DNA of 60,621 nt from Armatimonadota bacterium (lineage in GTDB: Bacteria > Armatimonadota > Fimbriimonadia > Fimbriimonadales > GBS-DC). The stretch's first letter is position 1. Each line of letters starts with the position of its first letter. The notes beneath the pieces were generated by a model. It saw only the letters and a list, made by a program, of their open reading frames with translations, did not search any database and had not been told where the DNA came from. The stretch is from positions 1 to 60,621 of the forward strand of contig JBBIJY010000017.1 of assembly GCA_037445735.1 (NCBI GenBank), written 5' to 3'. This document shows positions 20,429 through 29,657 of the stretch, in pieces. Both the position numbers and the translations under genes were made by a program.

Positions 20429-20434
20429 TCAACG

Positions 20435-22096
20435 ATGCAGAACGCGCTGAATCAGCTGCGGGACTGGTGGACGAACGCGCCGCGCCCGACGCGCATGGGC
20501 GTCGCTGGGGGCGTGGTGGGGCTGCTTGTGCTATTTCTGGCGCTCGGTTTCTGGGCAGCCACGCCCACCTACACCACGCTCTACACGGGGCTTAGCCCCG
20601 CCGATTCCGCCGCTGTCGTGCAGACGCTCAAGGAGAAGGGCATCGCCGTGCGCACGAGCGGGGGCGGTAGCGTCGTGGAGGTGGAGAGCCGCCGCGCAGA
20701 AGAGGCACGCCTCGAACTGGCGGCGAAAGGGCTGCCCCGCACGGGCGCGCCCGGCTACGCCCGCCTCGAAAAAACGCCCTTCGGTCTCACGCAGGCGATG
20801 GAGCAGACCACCCTGCGCATCGCGCTCGAAGAGGAACTGCAGAACACCATCCAGCACCTGGAACCCGTCGAGAGCGCACGGGTTCATATCACCCCTGGCA
20901 ACGATTCGCCCTTCGCCGATTCGCGCGCGGAGCCGTCCGCCAGCGTGGTGGTTCATCTCAAGCCGGACGCGACGCTCACCCGCGAGCAGATTCGGGGCAT
21001 CGTGCATCTAATGTGCCACAGCGTGGAGGGGCTGAAGCCAGAGCGCGTGACGGTGGTGGACGGCGAGGCGCAACCGCTCTGGAACGGCGGCGATTCGGAT
21101 GTTGCCGATAGCGAGCTGGTGCGCGCCCGTCGCGAGGCGGAACGCGCCTACGCCGACGAACTGCGCCGCCAGCTGCAACAGCAGTTAGACCGCGTGCTGG
21201 GCACAGGCAAATCGAGTGTGGTGGTGCAGGCGGAACTCGACCTCGATCGCGAAGAGGTGCAGGCACAGCGCGTGGAGCCTTTTGACCCGAACCGCGCCGC
21301 CGTCACCAGCGAGACCTCCTCCGTCGAGCGACTGAATGGCAATGTGCCCGCAGCGGGCGGACCCGCCGGGATTGCCTCCAATCGCGCCGACACACCGATG
21401 TACCCCACCACACCGCCCGCCACGCCCGGCGGCAGCTACAATCGCGAAGACCGCGTGCGCAACTACGAGGTGAACAAGCAGGTGGAGCATATCGTGCGGG
21501 CGCCCGGACGCATCGAGCGACTGAGCGTCGCCGTGCTGATCGACGAGGGCGTCCCACAGGCGACCCAGAACGCCATTCGCCAGTGGCTGGAGGCAACTGT
21601 CGGCGCGACGCCGAACAACCCCACGCGCATCGTCACGGTGCAGGCGGTCAAGTTCGACACCCAGCAGGCGCAGGCAGCCGAGCGCCAGCGCAAAGAGCGC
21701 GAGAACGCCCGCCGACTTGCCCTGCTGTGGCAGCTGATGCCCTTCATCCTGCTGCTGATGGTCTTCTTCTTCCTGGCGCGGGTGATTGGCAAGCAGATTA
21801 AGCGTCCTGTCGCCTCCAGACCACGAGCGATTGCCGCCCTGCCGGGCGCCGCCAGCGGCATCGATGTTGCCATCGGCGACGAGGGCTGGATGGCGATGCA
21901 GGCGGACGAAACCACGGACAGCGAAGGCAACCTCCCTGCCCGACGCACGCCCCAGCAGGATGTGATGCCGCTTGATGAACCGCTCGCCTCACCCATCCAG
22001 GAGCGGAGGCAGCCCGAGCTGGTCGAAATCCAGCGATTCGCCCAGCATAAACCTGAGCATGTGGCAGCCATGCTCAAGAGCTGGATCAAAGACTGA
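20435..22096 (+). CDS. fliF: Flagellar MS-ring protein FliF
   Basis: Two TMs, ALEEEL, SARVHI, PSASV, NYEVNK; between fliE and fliG. Confidence 0.95.
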   Translation: MQNALNQLRDWWTNAPRPTRMGVAGGVVGLLVLFLALGFWAATPTYTTLYTGLSPADSAAVVQTLKEKGIAVRTSGGGSVVEVESRRAEEARLELAAKGLPRTGAPGYARLEKTPFGLTQAMEQTTLRIALEEELQNTIQHLEPVESARVHITPGNDSPFADSRAEPSASVVVHLKPDATLTREQIRGIVHLMCHSVEGLKPERVTVVDGEAQPLWNGGDSDVADSELVRARREAERAYADELRRQLQQQLDRVLGTGKSSVVVQAELDLDREEVQAQRVEPFDPNRAAVTSETSSVERLNGNVPAAGGPAGIASNRADTPMYPTTPPATPGGSYNREDRVRNYEVNKQVEHIVRAPGRIERLSVAVLIDEGVPQATQNAIRQWLEATVGATPNNPTRIVTVQAVKFDTQQAQAAERQRKERENARRLALLWQLMPFILLLMVFFFLARVIGKQIKRPVASRPRAIAALPGAASGIDVAIGDEGWMAMQADETTDSEGNLPARRTPQQDVMPLDEPLASPIQERRQPELVEIQRFAQHKPEHVAAMLKSWIKD

Positions 22097-22118
22097 GGTC
22101 GCTGCAGGGTGAACGCCA

Positions 22119-23135
22119 ATGCTGAAGCCAGCGGACAAGAAACTCACGGGCAAGCAGAAAGCGGCGATTGTGCTGGTTGCGCTCGGCACAGAGATCGCCG
22201 CTCAGATCCTGCCGCATCTGAGCGAAACGGAAGTTGAAGAGCTGGGGCTGGAAATTGCCCGACTGGGCAGTATTCCCGCCGATGTGCGCCAGCAGGTCAT
22301 TCGCGAGTTCTATGAGGTGTGTCTGGCGCAGAACCTCGCGCTGGAGGGCGGCATCGATCACGCTCGCGCCTTGCTGGAGCAGGCGTTCGGACCCGAACGC
22401 GCGAACGAGATTGTGAGCCGCCTCACCCGCGCCCTGCAGATGCTGCCGTTCGATTCCATCAAGCGCGTGCATCCCGCCCAGCTCAGCACCTTCCTGCAGG
22501 ACGAACACCCGCAGACGATTGCATTAGTGCTGGCGTATCTGGAGCCGCAGGCAGCGGCAGCGGTGTTGAGCAGCCTGCCACCCGAACTGCGCCCCGAAGT
22601 CGCCGAACGGCTCGCCACGATGGGCAGCACCCCGCCCGAAGTCATCCGCCGCGTGGAGACCGTGCTGCAACGCAAACTCTCCAGCCTCGCCAGCCAGGAA
22701 CTGACCGCCGCCGGCGGCGTCAAATCACTCGTGGATATTCTGCAGTGGGTCGACCGCAACACCGAGCGCACCATCTTCGACGCGCTCAACGAATCGAACC
22801 CCGAACTGGCAGAAGAGGTGCGCAAACTGATGTTCACCTTCGAAGACCTGCTCCAGCTGGACGACCGCTCCATCCAGCAGATTCTGAAAGAGGTGGACAT
22901 GAAGGAGCTGGCGCTCGCGCTCAAGGGCGCCAGCGACGCGCTCAAGGAGAAAATCTTCCGCAACATGTCGGAACGCGCCGTCAACATGCTCAAAGAGGAG
23001 ATCGAGTTTATGGGACCCGTGCGCGTGCGGAATGTGGAGGAGGCGCAACAGCGAATCGTGAGTATCGTGCGCCGTCTGGAGGAGGCGGGCGAGATTGTGC
23101 TGTCCCGCGGCGGCGAGGATGAGATACTGATCTGA
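22119..23135 (+). CDS. fliG: Flagellar motor switch protein FliG
   Basis: KAAIVL, EHPQTIA, MFTFEDL, NMSERA. Confidence 0.97.
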   Translation: MLKPADKKLTGKQKAAIVLVALGTEIAAQILPHLSETEVEELGLEIARLGSIPADVRQQVIREFYEVCLAQNLALEGGIDHARALLEQAFGPERANEIVSRLTRALQMLPFDSIKRVHPAQLSTFLQDEHPQTIALVLAYLEPQAAAAVLSSLPPELRPEVAERLATMGSTPPEVIRRVETVLQRKLSSLASQELTAAGGVKSLVDILQWVDRNTERTIFDALNESNPELAEEVRKLMFTFEDLLQLDDRSIQQILKEVDMKELALALKGASDALKEKIFRNMSERAVNMLKEEIEFMGPVRVRNVEEAQQRIVSIVRRLEEAGEIVLSRGGEDEILI

Positions 23136-23148
23136 ACCCCCTTCAAAA

Positions 23149-23176
23149 GCAGGAATCGCTGCCCCTGCTGGCGAAT
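23149..23176 (+). promoter_or_regulatory. SigmaH-type promoter GCAGGAATC-N14-CGAAT
   Basis: Same motif and spacing as the other two module copies. Confidence 0.6.
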
Positions 23177-23200
23177 CTTTTCATCAGCAGGAGGGTGGCG

Positions 23201-23326
23201 GTGTCGCTGCCGATTTTTTACAGGGTATCGGCTGACACATTGATCGCGACGGCAGAAGGAGGCACTATCGCCTCGTTCCAGGCTCGTGCGCACGCTCGCG
23301 CGGGGGGGGGGGAGGGGGCGCCATGA
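23201..23326 (+). CDS. Short leader ORF of repeated module, copy 2; MSLPIFYRVSADTLIATAEGGTIASFQARAHARAGGGEGAP
   Basis: AGGAGG RBS (23189-23194), GTG start, G11-A-G5 tract at 23302-23318; stop overlaps the next start (ATGA). Confidence 0.55.
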   Translation: MSLPIFYRVSADTLIATAEGGTIASFQARAHARAGGGEGAP

Positions 23327-23571
23327 CCCTCCACGACGACCCGCCCGACCAGCTCCCACCCGAACTCCAGAAAGCCGTGCATCGGGCGCTCGCCCTCACC
23401 CACCGCCTCGCCCCACCGCCCGGCTATGACCCATCCTACTGGCGCGAGGAACGCATCGCCATCGCCAACCTTGCGGTGTGGCGGGCATATTCAGGCTATC
23501 AGCCTGATCGGGGTGTGTCGCTGGAGGGGTTTGCGGTGCGGTGTGCGGTTCGGGCGATATATAGGAGGTGA
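23323..23571 (+). pseudogene. Truncated sigma-70 family factor (region 2 only, SigH-like)
   Basis: LAVWRAYSGYQPDRGVSLEGFAVRCAVRAI resembles sigma region 2 (SigH FAxxCxxRxI); 82 aa with no region 4. Confidence 0.6.
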
Positions 23572-23573
23572 AG

Positions 23574-24845
23574 ATGATGAACAAGCTGACCCTTGAATTC
23601 GTTCTGCTGATCACACTTGCTGGCAGCTGGTCACAATCTGATCAGCCTGTTCGATTGATGCGACTGCCCTATGGTGACTGTGAAAACTGCATCCAGCTGA
23701 TTATTCAGGAGGGTGCAGGAATCGGTCTGTTTGCGGTTGCACCCGACGGTTCCCGCTTCTATCTGAGGGATGGCATGGGTGTGGTACATGTTGTCAACCG
23801 CTCGGGACAGCATGTAGCACGACTGGATGTGCCAATACCGCTGGACTGCACGGCTGTTGGTGCTGATGGCTCTATTGTCTCTGTGGGCGTCTGTCAATCA
23901 ATTGAATTGCGCCGCATGGAGTCTGAGCCATCCAACAGCCAGACTACTGAAAAATCTGCCCCTGATGCCGTAGTTGTTGACGATAATCCATCTCGGCGCA
24001 TCTGGGTGATGAAGCCTGACGGTTCGATTGATCGTGAGCGCACTGATGGTTTCAACCGTGCGCTGGAGCGGTTCATGACCGAGCAAAATCGTGATGAAGG
24101 CGACTGTTTTCGCGAGATCGCCTTCTTTACGGGCAGTCGTTTGGGTCTGGTGGTTATGGCACCTGTGTCGCTCTCGGAAAGTGGTGAAGCATCCCTGCAG
24201 CGAGAGACAGGTTTGCTGATTCTGAATCAGGATGGCAGCTGGCAAGGGCTTTATCCGTGCGTTGCTGCTTCGAAGCGCGGCGCGTTTCTGGAAGATATCC
24301 ACCTGCGCGGATTGGAGGCGCAGCAGCAGTGGGTTCGCCGCGCATTTGACCCGCAAGAATATGTGGACTACCGCATCATCGAAGCAAACGGCGAGGAATA
24401 CAAGCGCGACAAGGCTCCTGCCCATCCAGCGGAGCTTAAGGTGCGCCTGATTCAGGCAGGCGGCAGTGCAACGGACGAGTTCACTCTGCGATTAGAAGCA
24501 GCGGGTGTTCTGCTGTCGGAGCCAGGTGCCCGCCTGGATGCACGCGGAAGGCTATATTTGCCAGGTGCGAAGGTTGAGCGGCGTTTGAGCAGTGTCTCAA
24601 TAGCAGGACAGTCAGAGATTGAGGTTGAAGGGCAAATGATCCAGCCCCGCTTAGGAATGCTTGATGGGTATGTCGTTGCTCGTTTCACTGCTGAGGGACA
24701 GTTTGATCGGATAGTGGCTCAGCTAAAGATACCAACCTACCACTGCCGTCCCTGGCAGTTATGGGATATTGATGAGCAGGGTAATCTCTATTATTTGGAG
24801 TTTACCAGCGATGGTGTGGAAATCTGGATGGTGCCATCTCAATAA
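23574..24845 (+). CDS. Hypothetical secreted protein (possible beta-propeller)
   Basis: Long ORF, signal-like N-terminus, AVAPDG and DIDEQGNLYY segments; visibly more A/T-ending codons. Confidence 0.75.
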   Translation: MMNKLTLEFVLLITLAGSWSQSDQPVRLMRLPYGDCENCIQLIIQEGAGIGLFAVAPDGSRFYLRDGMGVVHVVNRSGQHVARLDVPIPLDCTAVGADGSIVSVGVCQSIELRRMESEPSNSQTTEKSAPDAVVVDDNPSRRIWVMKPDGSIDRERTDGFNRALERFMTEQNRDEGDCFREIAFFTGSRLGLVVMAPVSLSESGEASLQRETGLLILNQDGSWQGLYPCVAASKRGAFLEDIHLRGLEAQQQWVRRAFDPQEYVDYRIIEANGEEYKRDKAPAHPAELKVRLIQAGGSATDEFTLRLEAAGVLLSEPGARLDARGRLYLPGAKVERRLSSVSIAGQSEIEVEGQMIQPRLGMLDGYVVARFTAEGQFDRIVAQLKIPTYHCRPWQLWDIDEQGNLYYLEFTSDGVEIWMVPSQ

Positions 24846-24943
24846 AAGCCCCTGGTATGATGGCATGGAAGCGGGTGAACCATCCTGGCTGCAGGAGCTA
24901 ACTGCGTGGTTTTACAACGGGGCTGGATGAGTATAATGGTGTC

Positions 24944-26986
24944 GTGGGGCAGATGAGACTGGCGCGGATGTTGCCGATTCTGGTGTCGGCTCTTCTCGCC
25001 GTGCTTGCGCCCAGCAGAGGGGCAGAGCAATCAGCGAACACCAGTTCTCAATCGCGTTCCAGCAACAATGCGCTCTTGACCGACACAAGGCTAAGCCAGC
25101 CAGTATCGATAGAGCTAGCGAGCGAGCCACTGAGCATCGTCGTACGGCAACTCAGCCAGCAGGCGAGGGTCAGCCTCGAAGTGGATGCCGAACTGGCATC
25201 CCATCGTGCCTGCCTGTACGCGCTTAATCGCCCGTTGCAAGAGGTGATGGTTCATCTGGCGCAGGCGTTTGACGCGCGCTGGCAGGCAATCGCCTCCAAA
25301 GAGCAGGCATCTACCTATCGGTTAGTGCCGAATCAGAAGCGGGCAGACTGGCTGCGTCAGCAGGCGAAACGGCGGCAGGAGCACTCACTTCGGCAACTTC
25401 AACGGCTACGCAAGGCTCTTCACCGCGTGCAAACCGAGATGAACCAGCCCGTCTCCTACGATGATAATGACGATGATGACACAGGGGGCGTGCCCCGATG
25501 GTACATCCAGACCGTTCGCCAGCAAAATCGGTTCTGGATTGGGCTGCTGTCCCAGCTCCGCGATTCGGAATGGCAGCGATTAGCCGCCGGTGAAACGCTC
25601 TTTTTTAGCAGTCGCGATGAACCGTGCCTGAACTGGAATCTCTTTCAGGAATGGCTGCAGTTTGAAAAAGAGGCAGCGCACAGCGAGCTGGAGTTTCTCT
25701 CCGTTCCACCTCAGATGGGCGCCCCGTACACTGATGAACGCAAGGAGTACCTCTTCGCGTTCTCCGAACGCGCTACCCAGATCGACGAGGTGCGTGTTGC
25801 CCTATGCTGGCGCCCCGCTGAGGATGACGAAGAAGAAAGCAGGCTCAAAATCTATATTGGCTGTTTTGTGCAGGGGCAACTTATTTATGCCAGTGAACTC
25901 TCCGACTGGAAGATGTTCTGGGAAGAGACCGAAGTCGAAACCAGCGAACCCGAACCAGAGCCGTCAGTTCCTCCACTGCCTCAATCGCTAATGGATAAAG
26001 CGCTACCCCCTTTCGAACTCCCTTCCCTCGATCAGGACTGGTTCAGCGTTGCAGGTAAGGCGCTTCTGCACGCCGCGCGTGTCAGCCAGGTGCCGCTGGC
26101 TGCCGAGCTGTACCCGCTGGAAATGGAAATATTGCTACCTATCAAACATAAAGGTGAAACGGATCACGCCATTAAACGATGGGCAGATCTGGCACAGGTT
26201 TTAGCCTATAGCCAGATCAGCGTGAAGGTCTCATCAGAGGGATGGATTGTTATTGGTGCTGGGAGGCGTATGGAGTGGCGGCAGCGCGATGTTCCCCCTG
26301 ATAGGATACGCCGCTGGTTCTACAAACCGAATCGTCGCGGTCGCATTACGCTGCAAGACTGGATGGAGATGGTCGCGATGCACGAATCGCTGCCCTCGCT
26401 GCTCTATAGCTCTTTGAGTATTCTTGGTGAAAAGTACGATCTGGTTGTCGATGTGGAACGGGAGGGCTATAAACCCATCAGAGCATACCTGCCGTTTGAG
26501 CGTGCGCATCGGGGTTTACTGCTTGCCTGTGCCAGCCTGTATCAACCACTGAGTGTCAAAAATGGTGCGATGCTGATTGCCCGGCTGACCCCTGCCCAGC
26601 GGCAGGCACTGGTCAGCGGCAATACGGTGCACTTCGATACACTGTCGCCTGCCGCACAAAATGCTTTCCTGGAGCTGTTATCCCTTTACAGCCCTGCGGA
26701 ACTCCCGTTTTTCTGGCTGTCGCCCGCTCGGCAGCAAACCGAAGCCGCTACGGGCTCAATACGCCTGATTACAGAGACCCGATGGGAGCCAGGCTACCGC
26801 TATCCGCCTGCTCTGCTCAACTCAATAGACACTCTTCAAAAGCTTTGGGAATGGGCCGCGCGACAGGATCATGAGCGCCTGCAAACCTACCTCGTGGAGC
26901 GGGCATATAAGGTTCAGCGCTGCTCGCTGGAGCTTCGGTTAGGCAACAAAACGCGCTACATTCCCATCTTAACAGTTTATCCGTGA
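24944..26986 (+). CDS. Hypothetical secreted protein
   Basis: 680-aa ORF with signal peptide; N-terminal DTRLSQPVSIE...VSLEVD STN-like segment. Confidence 0.75.
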   Translation: MGQMRLARMLPILVSALLAVLAPSRGAEQSANTSSQSRSSNNALLTDTRLSQPVSIELASEPLSIVVRQLSQQARVSLEVDAELASHRACLYALNRPLQEVMVHLAQAFDARWQAIASKEQASTYRLVPNQKRADWLRQQAKRRQEHSLRQLQRLRKALHRVQTEMNQPVSYDDNDDDDTGGVPRWYIQTVRQQNRFWIGLLSQLRDSEWQRLAAGETLFFSSRDEPCLNWNLFQEWLQFEKEAAHSELEFLSVPPQMGAPYTDERKEYLFAFSERATQIDEVRVALCWRPAEDDEEESRLKIYIGCFVQGQLIYASELSDWKMFWEETEVETSEPEPEPSVPPLPQSLMDKALPPFELPSLDQDWFSVAGKALLHAARVSQVPLAAELYPLEMEILLPIKHKGETDHAIKRWADLAQVLAYSQISVKVSSEGWIVIGAGRRMEWRQRDVPPDRIRRWFYKPNRRGRITLQDWMEMVAMHESLPSLLYSSLSILGEKYDLVVDVEREGYKPIRAYLPFERAHRGLLLACASLYQPLSVKNGAMLIARLTPAQRQALVSGNTVHFDTLSPAAQNAFLELLSLYSPAELPFFWLSPARQQTEAATGSIRLITETRWEPGYRYPPALLNSIDTLQKLWEWAARQDHERLQTYLVERAYKVQRCSLELRLGNKTRYIPILTVYP

Positions 26987-27002
26987 GCGGATAAAACGAA
27001 AC

Positions 27003-27629
27003 TTATCGGGCGACGGTTCCGTACAGGCGGTCGCCGAAGTCGCCCAGGCCGGGCAGGATGAACTTCTGGGCGTTCAGCTCCCGATCGAGCGCGGCGGCAT
27101 AGATGGGCACCTGCGGGAAGCGACGAGTCAACCGCTCCACGCCTTCGGGCGCCGCCACCACGCAGATATGCACCACATCGTCCGCGCCCGCCTCGAACAG
27201 CACCTGCAGCGCCTGCTCGGCGGAGCCGCCCGTCGCCAGCATCGGGTCCAGCAGCAGCACGCGACTGCTGGTCAGCGGCGGCAGTTTGCAATAGTAGGCG
27301 CGGGCGATGGCGGTCTGCTCGTCGCGCTCCAGTCCGATATAGCCCACACGCACATCGGGGAACAGCTCCGTGATGGCTTCCATCATGCCTAATCCCGCCC
27401 GCAAAATCGGCACCGCCACAATCGTTTTGTTCAGCGAGTAGCCTTCGGTGGTCTCCAGCGGCGTGCGCACGGGATGGATGCGCAGGGGTAGGTCGCGTGT
27501 GGCTTCGATTGCCAGCAGGAAGGTGAGTTGCCGAGCCAGCGCACGGAAGCGCGCCGGCTCGGTGTCCACATCGCGCAGGCGCGTCAGAATATGCTTCACC
27601 AGCGGGTGATCGACCACATGCAGCGCCAT
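27003..27629 (-). CDS. upp: Uracil phosphoribosyltransferase
   Basis: [35 protein letters not shown]. Confidence 0.98.
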   Translation of the reverse strand: MALHVVDHPLVKHILTRLRDVDTEPARFRALARQLTFLLAIEATRDLPLRIHPVRTPLETTEGYSLNKTIVAVPILRAGLGMMEAITELFPDVRVGYIGLERDEQTAIARAYYCKLPPLTSSRVLLLDPMLATGGSAEQALQVLFEAGADDVVHICVVAAPEGVERLTRRFPQVPIYAAALDRELNAQKFILPGLGDFGDRLYGTVAR

Positions 27630-27633
27630 CGCC

Positions 27634-28812
27634 TCAGACCATTTCGAACAGCCCTGCGGCGCCCATGCCGCCCCCGACACACATGCTCACGATGCCCCAC
27701 TTGCCGCCGCGCCGGCGCAGGGCGTTCAGCAGGGTGGCGGTCATGCGCGCGCCGGTCGCCCCCAGCGGGTGTCCGAGCGCGACCGCGCCACCGTTCACAT
27801 TCAGGCGGTCGGTGGGCAGGTCCGGCAGCTGGCGCAGTACTGCCAGCACCTGCGCGGCGAACGCCTCGTTGATTTCGAACAGGTCGATATCCGTCAGGCG
27901 TTTGCCCGTCTTCTGGAGCAGTTTGGGGATGGCATAGGCGGGTCCGATACCCATCGTTTCGGGCGGCACGCCTGCCAGCGCGTAGCCGGCGAAGCGCGCT
28001 ATCGGCTGAAGCCCCAGCTCCTTCACCGTGCGCTCGCTCATCAGCAGAACGGCGGCGGCGCCATCGCTACGCTGGGAGCTGTTGCCCGCCGTAACGGTGC
28101 CGTCCGTTTTGAACACGGGCTTCAGCTTCGCCAGCGCCTCCATGCTCGTGTCGGCGCGGGGACCCTCGTCGCGGTCAAAGCGGAAGCGGTTCTCGTGAAT
28201 CGTGCCGTTTTTGACCACCTTCTCGACCACTTCGACGGGCACGATTTCGCCTTCAAACGCGCCTTCTGCCTGTGCCCGCAGCGCTTTCTGGTGGCTCTGC
28301 AGGGCGAAGGCGTCCGCTTCCTCGCGTGTGATGCCGAACTGCTGAACCAGATTCTCGGTGGTCAGCCCCATGCCCAGATAGGCGTCGGGGTACTGACGCG
28401 CCAGCACGGGGTTCGGGCGGAACACATGTCCCTCCATCGGCACCATCGACATGCTTTCGGTGCCGCCTGCGATGCCCACATCGATCTGCCCTGTCTGGAT
28501 GCGCTGGGCAATAATGGCGATGGCTTCCAGTCCCGAGGCGCACATGCGGTTCACGGTGGCGGCGGGCACATCGACGGGCAGACCTGCGCGCAGCACGGCG
28601 ATTCGGGCGACATTCATGCCCTGCTCGGCTTCGGGCACGGCACAGCCCAGCACCACATCTTCGATCAGGCTGGGGTTCAGCGCGGGCACGCGCTCCAGCA
28701 CGGCGCGGATGGCGGTCGCTGCCAGATCGTCGGGGCGCGTGTTGCGCAGCGAGCCGCGCGGCGCCTTGCCTATCGCGGTTCGAACAGCAGCCACAATATA
28801 TGCCTCTTGCAT
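27634..28812 (-). CDS. Acetyl-CoA C-acyltransferase (thiolase)
   Basis: [29 protein letters not shown]. Confidence 0.96.
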   Translation of the reverse strand: MQEAYIVAAVRTAIGKAPRGSLRNTRPDDLAATAIRAVLERVPALNPSLIEDVVLGCAVPEAEQGMNVARIAVLRAGLPVDVPAATVNRMCASGLEAIAIIAQRIQTGQIDVGIAGGTESMSMVPMEGHVFRPNPVLARQYPDAYLGMGLTTENLVQQFGITREEADAFALQSHQKALRAQAEGAFEGEIVPVEVVEKVVKNGTIHENRFRFDRDEGPRADTSMEALAKLKPVFKTDGTVTAGNSSQRSDGAAAVLLMSERTVKELGLQPIARFAGYALAGVPPETMGIGPAYAIPKLLQKTGKRLTDIDLFEINEAFAAQVLAVLRQLPDLPTDRLNVNGGAVALGHPLGATGARMTATLLNALRRRGGKWGIVSMCVGGGMGAAGLFEMV

Positions 28813-28907
28813 TCGGTTCACCTCACCCTGAAGTTTACCCCACCACGAAGCGAATTCCTTTGGCAAGGGACGATTCGGACGGGAAGCAGGGGAGTTGAAT
28901 CTAAAGG

Positions 28908-29648
28908 CTATGGCTGCCCCGTGGAGGCGCGGGAGGGATCCAGTTCAGGGCAGTAGAGCAGGCGGGCGCAGTTTTCGCAGGTGATGAGTTCGGCTTCGTG
29001 TTCCATCCGTTTGAGCAGGTAGGGCGTCAGCACGGTGTGGCAGAAGTCGCAGGCATTCTTCACCACAAGGGCGATGGCAATCTCGCCCAGCCGCTGACGA
29101 ATGAGTTCGTACCGTTCCAGCGCTTCCGGGTCGATCTGCTGCGCCAGTTCCGCCCGCTGCTGCTCGTGGAAGCGAATCTCGCTCTCCAGCGCTGCTTTGC
29201 GCTGGTAGTATTCCTGCAGGTAGGCTTCGTACCGCTGCTCAATCGTCTCCATCTGCTGCTGCGAGTAGTCGATGCGGGCGCGCAGGTTCTCCATCCGTTC
29301 CCACATCTCCAGCAGGCGGATGTCCAGCTCGGCGCGGCGCTGCTTGAGGTAATCGATATCTTTTTGCAGGGCGGCGAGTTCTTTGGGGTTGCGCACGCGC
29401 CCTGAATAGAGATCCTGCTCCGCCTCGCGCAGCTTCTCATCGAGCATGCGCAGCTGGAGTTCCTGATCGACGGCGTCGGCGTGGATGCGCTCGTATTCGC
29501 GCTTGATCTGCTCCAGCACCTGCCGCTGCTGTTGAATCTCGACCTGCAGCTGCTCGCCAGGGTCGAGCTGCGCCAGGTGGCGGCGCAGCTCGGCAATATA
29601 CAGGTCGAGCTGTTGCAGTTCGTATAGCAGTGGCATCGCTGGATGCAT
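28908..29648 (-). CDS. Coiled-coil C4 zinc-ribbon protein (DUF164 family)
   Basis: LYELQQLD start, long coiled coil, CDFCH...CENCARLLY. Confidence 0.9.
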   Translation of the reverse strand: MHPAMPLLYELQQLDLYIAELRRHLAQLDPGEQLQVEIQQQRQVLEQIKREYERIHADAVDQELQLRMLDEKLREAEQDLYSGRVRNPKELAALQKDIDYLKQRRAELDIRLLEMWERMENLRARIDYSQQQMETIEQRYEAYLQEYYQRKAALESEIRFHEQQRAELAQQIDPEALERYELIRQRLGEIAIALVVKNACDFCHTVLTPYLLKRMEHEAELITCENCARLLYCPELDPSRASTGQP

Positions 29649-29657
29649 GGCGTCCTC

